The notes: generated by a model not told the origin, from the letters alone. 64,000 nt of DNA from Thermoplasmatota archaeon (GCA_030018475.1 JASEFT010000001.1:15111-79110), one strand, 5' to 3'. Numbered from the stretch's first letter, positions 44,926 through 55,824 are shown. Made by a program: numbers and translations.

Positions 44926-46068
44926 ATGCCCTTCTCCTTCAAAGACGAATCAAAACTTTTCGTTGACTATTACGTGCCTGACGAGTTGCCTCATCGTGAA
45001 GAAGAGCTTGAGAGCCTTAAGAAAACGTTCGCGCCGATGCTCGAAAAAAATATTCCATGCAAGGCAGAAATTACAGGCGCTCCCGGAACAGGCAAAACAG
45101 CGGTTGCAAAACTATTTAGCAAAATTGTAGCTGAGAAAGCGCATGTAAAACCAGTTTACTTAAATTGCAGAGTTGTGCCGAGCGGTGTAAGTGCAATTAC
45201 AGAGACTATAGCTGAATTTGATAAAGAAGCGCGAGCGAGAGGCAAAGGTTTCTCTATGCACGAAAATTTTAAGGCTTTAGTTAAAATTTTAAAAGAGCGC
45301 GAAGCGCATTTGCTGCTTGTTCTTGACGAAGCAAACATTTTAGCAACCAAAGAGAAAGATTTTCTGTATCTTATTGGCAGGGCAAAGGAGATTGCAAAAT
45401 GCAATATTTCTGTAATTCTCATAGCTGTTTACGATATTCTTCATTACTTAGATATTGCAACTCAGGATACGTTTAGAGTAATGAATAGAATAAATTTGAA
45501 CATTTACACAGAGAAGCAGCTTATAGATATTATCAAGCAAAGAGTCGAGCTAGCATTTTATCCAAAAAGCATTACAAGTGCTTCTATAGACCTAATTGCA
45601 AAACTAGCAGCTAAGCAGGGGAGCGCTAGAATTGCAGTAGAATTGCTTAGAGGCGCAGGCTGGTATGCAATAAATAATTATCTTGACAAGATAACTCCGG
45701 AGTGCGTTAGAGCTACGCAGGCAGAAATATATCCTTTTTATAGTTATGATAAGCTCAGAGAACTAAGTGACCAAGAAAAAGCATACTTGCTGGCTGTAGC
45801 AAGAAAGCTAAAAGTCAAAGAAGAGCCTTACGCTACAAGCGGTGAAGTTGATAATCTATATCTTGTTGTGTGCGAAGAATATAATCTAGAAAAGTTAAGC
45901 TCTAGAACGTTACTGAGAATGCGCGAGAAACTAAAAGAGCACGGCTTTATAGACACTAAGAAATCTGCTACAAAAGAAGGTTTGACAAGTCATATTTACT
46001 TAACTGATATTCCTGGAAGCGTTCTGGAAGAGAAACTGGAAGAAGAATTAAAGAGATTAGCTAGATAG
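44926..46068 (+). CDS. orc1: Orc1/Cdc6 replication initiator
   Basis: Walker A GAPGTGKTAV, Walker B LVLDEAN. C-terminal winged-helix region. 380 aa. Confidence 0.88.
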   Translation: MPFSFKDESKLFVDYYVPDELPHREEELESLKKTFAPMLEKNIPCKAEITGAPGTGKTAVAKLFSKIVAEKAHVKPVYLNCRVVPSGVSAITETIAEFDKEARARGKGFSMHENFKALVKILKEREAHLLLVLDEANILATKEKDFLYLIGRAKEIAKCNISVILIAVYDILHYLDIATQDTFRVMNRINLNIYTEKQLIDIIKQRVELAFYPKSITSASIDLIAKLAAKQGSARIAVELLRGAGWYAINNYLDKITPECVRATQAEIYPFYSYDKLRELSDQEKAYLLAVARKLKVKEEPYATSGEVDNLYLVVCEEYNLEKLSSRTLLRMREKLKEHGFIDTKKSATKEGLTSHIYLTDIPGSVLEEKLEEELKRLAR

Positions 46069-46255
46069 CACTAGACATCTTGTGGCGAGTGGCTTTCACG
46101 TCGCTGAGGAGCTCTAAGAGCACTCGCCATTTTTCTAGCCGGGTTCACCTAAGCTTTAAATACTCCAAAATCCTAACCAGAGTTCGTAATTGCGCTTCCC
46201 AGATATATAGCGCCCTAAGGCGGGCTCTGGGAAAGCGTTTATTGCCCAGCCCCTA

Positions 46256-46930
46256 TTATTTTTTTGTTTCTAATTCTTCAATTATACAAGCGCCTGAACT
46301 CCCAGACCACTCTTTTCTAGCTTTGCTAACTTCTAATTTGTATTTGAACAATGGCATATTTAGAACGAAAGTTTCGTATTCGCCGCCTTCGCCAGCTAGT
46401 TGAATTTTATATTTTTTGTTAACAGCTTTTAAATCTTCAACAAGTTTCTTATCGATTTTCCTGCCGAGCAAGCTTTCATCTAATCCATAGGCGGAGACTG
46501 CTGTAACGATTATTTCGAAGCCAGCGCTCAGCATATCCTCTAACAGCATTTCTTGGTCTTTGTGCCATAATGGCGCAAAAGAACGTAAGCTAAGCTCTTC
46601 GCAAATAAAATCTATTCTCTGCTTCTGGTATTCTGAGGCTATAGCTCCTGTAACTATTCCGTCAAGCTCATCCTTTACCGATTTGATTAGCTCAGCTAAA
46701 TCTTTTAATTCTTCTTCTTTCTCACCTTTAGTGGATTTTTGAATTAATGGAATTCCAATAGAGCAAGCTTGAAATTCCGTCAGCTTAGCATTATAGTAAT
46801 GGAACATATAGCTGTAGGGATTCTCTGGCAGTAGTGTGATAAGGTACTTTAACTCAAAGCCTTGAGAATGCATAATATAGGCAGCGTATAAGGAATCTTT
46901 GCCTCCCGAAGTCAGTACCCCAAGCTTCAT
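46256..46930 (-). CDS. PP-loop ATP pyrophosphatase, diphthine-ammonia ligase (Dph6/MJ0570-like)
   Basis: N-terminal SGGKDS PP-loop. 224 aa, the typical archaeal Dph6 size. Confidence 0.7.
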   Translation of the reverse strand: MKLGVLTSGGKDSLYAAYIMHSQGFELKYLITLLPENPYSYMFHYYNAKLTEFQACSIGIPLIQKSTKGEKEEELKDLAELIKSVKDELDGIVTGAIASEYQKQRIDFICEELSLRSFAPLWHKDQEMLLEDMLSAGFEIIVTAVSAYGLDESLLGRKIDKKLVEDLKAVNKKYKIQLAGEGGEYETFVLNMPLFKYKLEVSKARKEWSGSSGACIIEELETKK

Positions 46931-48222
46931 TTTTCTAATTTACTAACTAACTCGAGAGCTGATTCAGAAGCTTTTGCTAAGATTTCCAGCTCGTTTAGAG
47001 TTTTAACTTCATAATCTTCCATTAATATTTTGCCATTAACTATAGTTGTAGCTACATCAGAGCTTTTTGCAGAATATACTAGATTAGAGACAATATCATG
47101 GCACGGCGTTAAATGGGGGCTCGTCAGCTCCAATAATATCAAGTCTGCTTTTTTACCTACTTCGACTGAGCCTAATAAATGCTCTACTCCAAGCGCTTTA
47201 GCACCGTTTATAGTTGCCATATCCAGCGCTATTTGCGCTGGTATTACTCTAGGGTCCCATCTATGCATTTTCTGTAACAGAGCAGCTACTTTCATTTCTT
47301 CAAATAAATCCAAGCTATTATTTGAGACTGGGCTATCAGTTCCCAAAGCAACAGCTACGCTGTTATCAAACATCTCAGCAAGTGGCGCTACGCCACCAAC
47401 GCCTAATTTCATATTAGAGACAGGGCAGTGCACTGCCTTAGCGCCCGTCTTGCTTAATATCGAAATCTCTTCTTTAGTTATCCAACCTAAATGGACTGCA
47501 ACTACATTTTTATCTAAAAAACCAATTTCGTTGAGATATTCAACAGGTCTTCTGCCATGCTCTTCTAACGATTCGTAAACTTCTTTTCTTGTCTCAGCTA
47601 CATGGATATGTAGCAAAGTTTCGTATTTTCTCGCCAGCTCTTTCGCTTTTAGTAAAGTTTCTGTAGAGCAGGTGTATTGAGAATGCGTTCCTACTGTTGG
47701 GGTAAATAGCTCAGAGCTACTTTTCGCTAAATTTTCAAATGCTCTGAAAGCTCCTGATGAATTCCTAAACTCAGCAGTTGGAAAATCGACAATAGCTTGA
47801 GCGAAGAAAGTTCTCACCCCACTTTCTTCAGCTGCACGCTTAACAGCGGTGCCGAAAAAATACATATCGTGGAAAGTTGTAATTCCAGCTTTGACGAGCT
47901 CTAGCATTCCTAGCACAGCACCGCGATAAACATGTTTTTCAGTTAGATTTGATTCTAAAGGCCATATCTTATCTTCAAGCCATTCTTGTAGTAAAAGATC
48001 ATCAGCATAACCTCTGAAAAGAGTCATTGGTAAATGGGTGTGAGAATTAATCAAGCCTGGCAGCACTATTTTATCACTGCAATCAATTATATAGTCCTTG
48101 GTGGTTAAGTTACAGCCAATCCCAGCGATTCTATCGTCTTCTATAGAAATGTCGACGTTGCGCAGAATTTCACGATTTGCATTTTGAGTCACTACCCAAG
48201 AGCAGTTTCTTAAGAGTATCAT
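46927..48222 (-). CDS. amidohydrolase, 5-methylthioadenosine/S-adenosylhomocysteine (or 5'-deoxyadenosine) deaminase-like (MtaD/DadD)
   Basis: Metal-binding HxH (INSHTHLPM) and HVAE. 431 aa. 4-nt overlap with the Dph6-like gene. Confidence 0.65.
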   Translation of the reverse strand: MILLRNCSWVVTQNANREILRNVDISIEDDRIAGIGCNLTTKDYIIDCSDKIVLPGLINSHTHLPMTLFRGYADDLLLQEWLEDKIWPLESNLTEKHVYRGAVLGMLELVKAGITTFHDMYFFGTAVKRAAEESGVRTFFAQAIVDFPTAEFRNSSGAFRAFENLAKSSSELFTPTVGTHSQYTCSTETLLKAKELARKYETLLHIHVAETRKEVYESLEEHGRRPVEYLNEIGFLDKNVVAVHLGWITKEEISILSKTGAKAVHCPVSNMKLGVGGVAPLAEMFDNSVAVALGTDSPVSNNSLDLFEEMKVAALLQKMHRWDPRVIPAQIALDMATINGAKALGVEHLLGSVEVGKKADLILLELTSPHLTPCHDIVSNLVYSAKSSDVATTIVNGKILMEDYEVKTLNELEILAKASESALELVSKLEK

Positions 48223-48266
48223 AATATTGTATAACTCAGACTCGTTATTTAAATTTACTTACTCTT

Positions 48267-48734
48267 TTAGGAAGTTAGCCACACAGTTCCTGTCAAGCAA
48301 AGCAGTGTTACGAGCAAGCCTGCAATAATTACACCTATTGAGATAGTTAATATAGCCTTTGTAAGTTTAAGTCCGAAAAGATAAGCTATTAAGGAGCCGG
48401 TCCAAGCGCCTGTAAATGGTGATGGGATAGCTACGAAAGCTATAAGCCCTAGAGTTTTATATTTCTGGATTTTTGGGTTTGCTCTCCTCCTTGTACGGTC
48501 GAAAAGCCTTGTAAGAACTCTATCCCAGCGCTTGTATCTGCGCAGTAATATTTCTATATAACTAAAAAATAATATGATGAAAGGTACTGGTAAAATATTG
48601 CCGAGCACGGAAATTGAAAAAACTTGCCACAGCGGTAGGTTATAGAGAAGTCCCATTAGAATTGCTACTCTGAGCTCTGCGAAAGGCATCATTGAGATGA
48701 TAAATATTATTAGATGCGGTGTCAGTTCTAGCAT
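48267..48734 (-). CDS. small multi-TM membrane protein (COG2426-like), hypothetical
   Basis: 155 aa with 4 predicted TM. Confidence 0.4.
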   Translation of the reverse strand: MLELTPHLIIFIISMMPFAELRVAILMGLLYNLPLWQVFSISVLGNILPVPFIILFFSYIEILLRRYKRWDRVLTRLFDRTRRRANPKIQKYKTLGLIAFVAIPSPFTGAWTGSLIAYLFGLKLTKAILTISIGVIIAGLLVTLLCLTGTVWLTS

Positions 48735-48743
48735 TTTAATTTT

Positions 48744-49991
48744 TTATTCATTACTTATAAACTTGCCATAGCCTTTTTCGCCAACGAACTCTAAATTCTC
48801 AATTATAGGTGTGCCTCTTATAAATACCCATAGCGGAAATACCACTGAAAAATTTTCAAACGCGCTCCATTGGCATTTAGAATGTAGCTTAGAGCTTTTG
48901 ATTTTTTGCACTTCATTTAAGTCAACTAGTATCAAATCTGCGTCATAGCCTTTAGCAATTTTACCTTTTTTCAATTTGAGGAACGAGGCAGGCTTTTCAC
49001 AAAACAATTCTACAGCTCTTGCTAAAGATATTTTTTGCTCTCTCACCAAATTCAGAAGCAAAGGGTAGGTTGTTTCTACGCCAGGCATGCCTGGCGGAGC
49101 TTCTGAAAAATCTTTTTTCTCTTCAAGTGTATGCGGAGCATGATCACTTGCAATAATATCTATTTCATTTGCTTTTAGCGCTTGCCAGAGTGCGTTGCTG
49201 TCTTCCTTAGTTCTAAGAGGAGGTACAACCTTACCTAAGCCTTCTATCTTCAGTTTTGAGTTTGAATTTAGCAATAAATAATGAAGTGCAACTTCAGAAC
49301 TAAAATTTTTATTTTCTAGATAAGGGAGCGATTCCTTTGCAGAAACATGGCATATATGTAGAGGTCTTTTGGTAAAGGAAGATAATTTTTTTATAGCTTC
49401 TGGTTCAGCTTTCCAACTAAGCTTCATGTGCTCATTCAAGTTTTTTGCATGCCCTTGTTTAATGAAATTTTTATCTTCTGCATGGACCAGCAAAGGCTTA
49501 GAAATATTTTCTTTTTCTATCAATTTTAGAGTTTCTTCGTAAACTGAGAAATCAATTTCAGGCAGGTAGATTTTAAAGCCGGTAGCTAATTTAGCAAGTT
49601 TTTTTAGCTCTTTGCTCACTGCGCTAGCGTATAACCCGAAATCAATACACGACTTATTTTTTACAATTCTTAACTTATTTTGAAATCTTTCTACAGAATC
49701 TACTTTAGGTATTGTATTAGGCATATCTGCCACATAGCTTACACCTCCGAAGCAAGCTGCTAAACTTCCTGTGAAAAAATCTTCTTTATGCTCTAAACCA
49801 GGCTCGCGAAAATGCACATGAACATCTACACCTGAAGGTAAAATAAGTTTAGAGCCGAAATCTAAGTTTTTTTCTCCCTTAAGCACTTTTTTTATTTCTA
49901 CAATTCTACCGTTTTCAATTCCAACGCAGCACTTCATTAACTCGTACTCGCCACCAAGCCAGAGATTACCTTCTATTACAAGATAGCTCAT
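48744..49991 (-). CDS. pyrC: dihydroorotase
   Basis: DVHVHFREPG (DxHxH) and SDHAPHT motifs. 415 aa. Confidence 0.8.
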   Translation of the reverse strand: MSYLVIEGNLWLGGEYELMKCCVGIENGRIVEIKKVLKGEKNLDFGSKLILPSGVDVHVHFREPGLEHKEDFFTGSLAACFGGVSYVADMPNTIPKVDSVERFQNKLRIVKNKSCIDFGLYASAVSKELKKLAKLATGFKIYLPEIDFSVYEETLKLIEKENISKPLLVHAEDKNFIKQGHAKNLNEHMKLSWKAEPEAIKKLSSFTKRPLHICHVSAKESLPYLENKNFSSEVALHYLLLNSNSKLKIEGLGKVVPPLRTKEDSNALWQALKANEIDIIASDHAPHTLEEKKDFSEAPPGMPGVETTYPLLLNLVREQKISLARAVELFCEKPASFLKLKKGKIAKGYDADLILVDLNEVQKIKSSKLHSKCQWSAFENFSVVFPLWVFIRGTPIIENLEFVGEKGYGKFISNE

Positions 49992-49993
49992 AA

Positions 49994-50596
49994 TTATTCC
50001 TCAACAAGTTTCCTTTCAACTATTTTCCCTCTAGGCGAGACCTCTGAAAATATCTGAGCTTGGAATTTATAAATTTTGATGTCTTTACTCAGCCAAGCAT
50101 CTGGTGGTAAGCCTGCTTTCATACACACATGTGTAAGAAAATCTTCTTCATCCCACTTCCACTCGACAGGAACTTGCGGTAGCAAAATACCTCTAAAAAG
50201 AGCTTTCTCTGCAATTAGTCCGTCAACGCCAATCTTAATCTTCTCTTTGTATTCAAGAGGATGTCTGACTTCAATTAGCTCAGGGTGTGTTAAAATACTT
50301 AATTCTACAACTATTTTATCAATTTCTTGCTCAGTTAAAGGCTCAAATCTAGGGTCGTTACATGCGTTCTGAGCACTCTCTATTATCGCATTTGCTAGTT
50401 CTAAACTAGGTTCTAGATAACCTATACATCCACGTAGCTCTTTCTCAGGATATGTATTGATAGTAACGAACACGCCTAATTTTTGATCGAATTTAGCTGA
50501 TAACTTTTCTGTGATTTTTGGCTCGCCTTTCACATATCTTTCAATCGTTTCTCGTGCAAGCTTCACTGCCTTTATACCTTCTTCTAAAGAGAGCAT
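49994..50596 (-). CDS. AMMECR1 domain protein
   Basis: Conserved LRGCIGYLEP motif. 200 aa. Confidence 0.8.
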   Translation of the reverse strand: MLSLEEGIKAVKLARETIERYVKGEPKITEKLSAKFDQKLGVFVTINTYPEKELRGCIGYLEPSLELANAIIESAQNACNDPRFEPLTEQEIDKIVVELSILTHPELIEVRHPLEYKEKIKIGVDGLIAEKALFRGILLPQVPVEWKWDEEDFLTHVCMKAGLPPDAWLSKDIKIYKFQAQIFSEVSPRGKIVERKLVEE

Positions 50597-50653
50597 GCTT
50601 TGTTAATGCGCTCCGAAGGTTTTTAATTTTACTACTGCTATTCTATTTTCTGA

Positions 50654-51766
50654 ATGTTCGCGAAAAGAATGAAAAGTATAGAAGTTACTGGTATAAGAAA
50701 AATGTTCGAGCTTGCAGGCGAAGGAGCAATTAATCTAGGACTTGGCGAGCCCGATTTTCAACCTGCTCAACACATAAAAGAAGCGCTAGAAAAAGCTCTG
50801 GCAGATGGTTTTAATAAATACGGTCCTACTGCAGGTATTTATCAGTTAAGGGAAGCGGTTGCAGAAAGGCTAAAAAAATACAAGTCAGATATTACTCACG
50901 ATGAAATAATTATTACTGCAGGCGCTACCGAAGCTCTGCATGCAGCTATGCTCACTTTTATTGAAAAAGGCGATGAGGTTTTAGTTCCCAACCCAGGCTT
51001 TCCGCTATATCCAACTGAAGTTTCACTTGCAGGCGGCAAACCTGTTTTTTATAGACTGAAAGAGGATTTCATGCCTAACGTAGCTAATTTTAAGGTTAGT
51101 AAAAAAACCAAGGCTATTATTGTGAACTCGCCTTCTAATCCCACAGGAAGTGTTTTTAGCAAAGAGAAAGTAAAAGAAATAATAGAATTTGCAGAAGATA
51201 ATGACTTAATTATATTTTCAGATGAGGTTTACGACGAAATAATCTACGACTGCGAGCATTTCTCTTTTCTAGGAAATTACGATAATGTAGTGCACATAAA
51301 TTCATTTTCCAAAACTTATGCTTTGACAGGCTGGAGGCTTGGCTATTTAGCCGCTAAAAAAGAATTTGTTAATGAAATATTGAAAATGCATTACTATACA
51401 GTGGCATGTCCGCCTACACCTACTCAGTATGCAGCGCTTACAGCACTTAAAAGTTCACAGGAATGCGTTAAAAAAATGGTATCAGAATTTAGAAAAAGGC
51501 GCGATACAGCTATAAAAATCATCAATGATATGAAGGGCTTTCGCTGTGTGCCGCCCAAGGGCGCTTTCTATCTATTCCCTTCTTATAACTTAGATATTAC
51601 TTCTGAAAAGCTCGCACTGAAAATACTTGAAAAAAACGTTATTTGCGTTCCTGGAATTGCGTTTGGCACTGCTGGCGAAAGCCATTTAAGAATTTCTTAT
51701 GCAAATTCAATTGAGAACATAGAAAAGGGCTTGGGAATAGTCAGAGAAGTTGTTGAAAAGCTTTAG
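50654..51766 (+). CDS. class I/II PLP aminotransferase (paralog of 2075-3238)
   Basis: NSPSNPTG and SFSKTYALTGWRLGY motifs. The C-terminus RISYANSIENIEKG is nearly identical to that of the first paralog. Confidence 0.85.
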   Translation: MFAKRMKSIEVTGIRKMFELAGEGAINLGLGEPDFQPAQHIKEALEKALADGFNKYGPTAGIYQLREAVAERLKKYKSDITHDEIIITAGATEALHAAMLTFIEKGDEVLVPNPGFPLYPTEVSLAGGKPVFYRLKEDFMPNVANFKVSKKTKAIIVNSPSNPTGSVFSKEKVKEIIEFAEDNDLIIFSDEVYDEIIYDCEHFSFLGNYDNVVHINSFSKTYALTGWRLGYLAAKKEFVNEILKMHYYTVACPPTPTQYAALTALKSSQECVKKMVSEFRKRRDTAIKIINDMKGFRCVPPKGAFYLFPSYNLDITSEKLALKILEKNVICVPGIAFGTAGESHLRISYANSIENIEKGLGIVREVVEKL

Positions 51767-54700
51767 AATAAAAGCAACGAGAGTATAGGCGCTATAAAAA
51801 TATAATGTGTTGCGGTATCTGTTATTCGAATAGAGTTCCTGCGCGTGCTCAGTGAAAAGCCTCCAAAATTTGTCAGCGCAAGTTTATCTAGCTTGCCTAC
51901 TGGCGTACTGACAAGTATTTTGAGATTTATTTGGAGCTCTTTGACATTACAACTTAGTTCTAGAACAGGCATTTTACCAAACAGCGAATGAACAGCAAAT
52001 CTCACGCTAGTTAGCTCTACAGCTAAAAGCTCTAATTTCTCCACTCTTGCTAGTCCCACTGTAGCGTTACCAGCCTCGAACAATAGCTTATCTACGTCGC
52101 CTGTCATGAGCACAGTATCACTTTCGCTTCTCACTGAGTAATACTTCAGCCCTTCTACGTATAGCTTGTACTCTCCCTCTCTCCCAACAAGCTCGCCTGC
52201 TAGCTTTAGCTGAAAATCAAATTTCTCAGAAGCACTGATATTGAATTCAGGCAAGGCTTTATGGATAGCAAACGTCTCACCAACTAATTTCGGTGAAGGC
52301 AGTATTTTGAACTCAAATTTTTCAGGTAGTTTATGAGCTAGGAAGTAGCTTTTACGCGTTCCTTTTCCTCCTGCAATATTTAGATAGATAGCAGGTGTGG
52401 AAGAGCTTGCTTCCCAAACCATAGTAAGATTAGGCCTACGAGTAAAAGTTAAACTTAAGTTCTGAGGTACGTTAGCTATTAAAATCTCTATACTTAAATT
52501 TAGTTGCTCAAGCGTTTCTGTTAGTGTAACTTCAACTCCATCTTTCACAACCTCTTCTTCAACTATTTTTATAACTCCGCTTCCGTTTTTCAGTTCGGTA
52601 ATATTCAATAGATGCGCAAATAGTTTTGTATTATCCCTTTCTAAACTAGCGGTAAGCCAGTTAAAAGAGCTTACCCAGTTTTCAAATAAATATCTTAGCT
52701 CAAGACCGTTGCTCCTGTTCAAACTAAAAGTTCCATTTTGAGGTAGCTCTAAATACATTTTACTGTGTAAAGATGATTTTGTAGCGCTCAATGCTATTCC
52801 GTGAGTCCAAGGTAGTGTGTTTTCATCAGCGCTAAGATTAGCAATAATGATTGGGGCTTGAGCAGAAGTATAAGAGAACGTTAGGCTCTCGCTAAGTATA
52901 AGCTCTTCAAACAACTTGCCAAAGGTATGCGTAGCTTGCTCTAGAGCATTAGCAAAGGAAGATAATACTTCGAGCTTTGAAAAGTTCAGCTCCTCAAGTT
53001 CAGGTATCGCAACTAAAGGTCGCGCTAATGAAATATTGATTTTAGTAGCTAAGTTCTTAACCAATATTTTTCCTCCAGCGTAATTAGCGTTGAGAAGTAC
53101 TTTCAGAGGGTATTCTTTGAAGAGCTCTAGCTCAAAGATTTCCCCGGCTCGTAAAAATTTAAGTTTCTCTAGTCTTAGAGCTATCGCACTCTCAAAAGTA
53201 TTTACGAAAAGGTAGTTATCAGTCATTTTATAGAAATGTCCTTTACTCAATGCGCAGTGTAGCTCAACCTCAGAACCGAATTCAAAACTGACATTTTGAT
53301 TCTCTCTTGTAAAATTACCTTCCTGCGCATTTTTTACATATCCTTCTAGATTATAATTTTGAGTTTTTGCTATAATAGCAAGTTCTACAGGCTCCTTGAA
53401 AATATAACTCAGCCCTTTAACGCTACCTTCAATTGCTAGTTCTGATGGAAGCTTAGAAATATCAACTAAAATTTCTATACCCTTGTAAATGCAAATAGCT
53501 TTGAATGCCTCGTCACCGGCGCTCCTTTTTAGTAAGAGAGTTATATTTCTACCGAGCGATAGCTTGAGCTCTGTAACATTTGTCAAGCCTGCTTGGATTG
53601 AAGTGTTGAGCGACCCAATATAATTACCTGACAGCAGTAATTGTTCTGCATTTACAGTATTATTCTCAACACTACCCTTTAGAAATGCAAATTCAAGTTT
53701 AGCTATAGGAGACTGAAGGTGAAACACGTTATCAGGAGCGTAGAATGTTTCTGAGATACTTCTTAAAGCCTTCCGCACTCTGTTCATTGCGGCAGATATC
53801 CTTGCAATAACATAATTTAGAGCTCTACCGATAAAAGTATCACTGGCGTCTGGATTGAGCTCTTCTTTAGGTGGAATTGTAAAAGTACCTCTCAGCACAA
53901 GCTTTATTGGTAAATTTAAAAGCTCTAGTTTGGCTATCTGCCCAGCACTGAAATCGTAATAGATAGATGAAAATTTAGAGACTGTGCCTGAGGCGTTGTA
54001 TTCAAGGACAGAGAACGGCCTCCCAATCTCAGCTGATAGATTTATAATTGATAGATTTAGATTTGAAGGTAAGTTGCTGAGCTCGAATTCCCCATATAAA
54101 TTTTCATCTTTGTAGCAAGCGCTAATATTTGTCTCTTCGCTTCCAGACCAAGTTAGAGCTGTTCTTTCAGCAACTTCTTCATAGTAGATATTTCCATATT
54201 TTATTCCAGGCGAGAATCTTGCCTCAAACGAATTTAAAGCTTTCACAGGCTGAAATTGCGCGTAGCCTATAAAAATTGAGAGTTCAGAAATTTGTATATC
54301 CATATTCCAAGTTATTTGATAAGGTGGTGTTACGTTAATTATGGTCTGCCCGCCCATCGCAAAAGCAACGGCTTCAAGTGTAATATTTTCAGAAATTGCG
54401 GTAAAAGAAAAAGTCCCAGGTAAAGAATAGAAATAAAAACCAATTATCCAAATATAAGTTTTATTTTCGTAACTTACGGGTTTGACGAAATAGATCGTCA
54501 GGTTATCAAGCTCTCTAGCTCTATAAATATTGATATTTAACCCACCAATCAGGTGAGTGGGTGGTTCCCACCAATCCCTAAAAGGCTCGTTCACTATGCC
54601 AGTTAATACTAACGAAACAACAAAGTCGTCGTCGCCATCCCCATCAACATCTATAGAATTATTTTCATGTAGAGTAAATCCCAATTGAGGTATTGCACCG

Positions 54701-55824
54701 CCAGCTACGCCATCTCTATCAACTTGTAAAATATCATTGTAATAAGTGAATACATAATATCTTCTATCTATAGTGGCTGTTGCAACGTTGATAGTAATAT
54801 CTTCTAGCAGAGGTTTATCATCAACGCCTCCCAAAAAAACTACTGCATACATAAAATATCTTCCTGAGACAACTTCCTTAACAATTTCCTCAAAATCCGG
54901 GAATAGTTGCTTAACCGCCTCTGGAATCACGTCTCTGGAAGACCAAACTGGTACCCAAATCCCGAGAGTAAGGTTATAGGAGACCCCAACAATGATTACA
55001 ATCTCTGATAAGTGAGGTTGAGTTGTAGGATGCCAAACAACATTTTTCAAAACTGCATTATCTGTCCCTGAATCTAAAGGTGTAGAAATGAACACACCTT
55101 GAGCAGCAAGGGTATGCAGTCTAATCATATCATTTGCTATATCTACGTTTTCGCTAAAAGAGCAATTATTCCGAAAGTCAGCAGTTGTTGTATGGGTCCA
55201 TGGTTTATAAGTAGTTTCTGGAGTGATATTTGCATTCTCAATATCTTCAAATATTCTTGACCATTCAGGCTTTGGCTTACTTATTCTACCTACGTTATAA
55301 CTTATTTCTTTCGGCGATTTCTTTTCATAACCCCAGTCGAGCTCGTTAACTAAGTTCTCTGCCCTCTCTTTTACTAAGCCACTCGAACTTTCAAATTCTT
55401 GCTTCGCAAGCTCAAGTTCTTGCGGTATACCGAAGTCATTCGGTACAATTCTCGTTTCGCCAGTAGGTATAAGCGATGCTAGCTGTACGCTTGTGAGAAT
55501 TATTGCAACTACAAGAAGTATCACTATAGGCTTTATTATCCTCTGCTTTAGGAAATTCTTTAGCTTAGAACGGATAGAAACAGGAGTAGGTTTGGATGGA
55601 GCAAGAGGGGGCTCAGCTTCCTTTACCTCTTTTTCAAGCTTTGGCTTGGCTTCTTCCTTTCTTATCTCTTTCTTGGGTTCGGGCTTAGGCTCTGGCTTTG
55701 GGAGCGGCTCCCTTAAAATACCAACAGCTTTACACTCAGGGCATTTAACTTTCAAAGGTCTTTTCTTAGATGTTACTTCTATGATATGTTCGCATTTATG
55801 GCATTTGACTTTAACCTTTTCCAT
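51763..55824 (-). CDS. giant membrane-anchored surface protein with cytoplasmic N-terminal zinc ribbon, 1353 aa
   Basis: N-terminal CHKCEH...CPECK zinc ribbon, then a Pro/Glu/Lys-rich linker, a TM (IVILLVVAIILTSVQLASLI) and a ~1200-aa sequon-rich ectodomain. Confidence 0.7.
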   Translation of the reverse strand: MEKVKVKCHKCEHIIEVTSKKRPLKVKCPECKAVGILREPLPKPEPKPEPKKEIRKEEAKPKLEKEVKEAEPPLAPSKPTPVSIRSKLKNFLKQRIIKPIVILLVVAIILTSVQLASLIPTGETRIVPNDFGIPQELELAKQEFESSSGLVKERAENLVNELDWGYEKKSPKEISYNVGRISKPKPEWSRIFEDIENANITPETTYKPWTHTTTADFRNNCSFSENVDIANDMIRLHTLAAQGVFISTPLDSGTDNAVLKNVVWHPTTQPHLSEIVIIVGVSYNLTLGIWVPVWSSRDVIPEAVKQLFPDFEEIVKEVVSGRYFMYAVVFLGGVDDKPLLEDITINVATATIDRRYYVFTYYNDILQVDRDGVAGGAIPQLGFTLHENNSIDVDGDGDDDFVVSLVLTGIVNEPFRDWWEPPTHLIGGLNINIYRARELDNLTIYFVKPVSYENKTYIWIIGFYFYSLPGTFSFTAISENITLEAVAFAMGGQTIINVTPPYQITWNMDIQISELSIFIGYAQFQPVKALNSFEARFSPGIKYGNIYYEEVAERTALTWSGSEETNISACYKDENLYGEFELSNLPSNLNLSIINLSAEIGRPFSVLEYNASGTVSKFSSIYYDFSAGQIAKLELLNLPIKLVLRGTFTIPPKEELNPDASDTFIGRALNYVIARISAAMNRVRKALRSISETFYAPDNVFHLQSPIAKLEFAFLKGSVENNTVNAEQLLLSGNYIGSLNTSIQAGLTNVTELKLSLGRNITLLLKRSAGDEAFKAICIYKGIEILVDISKLPSELAIEGSVKGLSYIFKEPVELAIIAKTQNYNLEGYVKNAQEGNFTRENQNVSFEFGSEVELHCALSKGHFYKMTDNYLFVNTFESAIALRLEKLKFLRAGEIFELELFKEYPLKVLLNANYAGGKILVKNLATKINISLARPLVAIPELEELNFSKLEVLSSFANALEQATHTFGKLFEELILSESLTFSYTSAQAPIIIANLSADENTLPWTHGIALSATKSSLHSKMYLELPQNGTFSLNRSNGLELRYLFENWVSSFNWLTASLERDNTKLFAHLLNITELKNGSGVIKIVEEEVVKDGVEVTLTETLEQLNLSIEILIANVPQNLSLTFTRRPNLTMVWEASSSTPAIYLNIAGGKGTRKSYFLAHKLPEKFEFKILPSPKLVGETFAIHKALPEFNISASEKFDFQLKLAGELVGREGEYKLYVEGLKYYSVRSESDTVLMTGDVDKLLFEAGNATVGLARVEKLELLAVELTSVRFAVHSLFGKMPVLELSCNVKELQINLKILVSTPVGKLDKLALTNFGGFSLSTRRNSIRITDTATHYIFIAPILSLLLF

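Noticed and set aside
46080-46403. 107-aa plus-strand ORF between cdc6 and the Dph6-like gene
   Set aside because: It overlaps the 3' end of the minus-strand Dph6-like gene, has no motifs and has atypical composition. Likely spurious.
944-50596. AmmeMemoRadiSam-type system (radical SAM plus AMMECR1)
   Set aside because: The radical SAM (944-2029) and AMMECR1 (49994-50596) genes are 48 kb apart on different strands, and no Memo homologue is visible. This is not a system locus.
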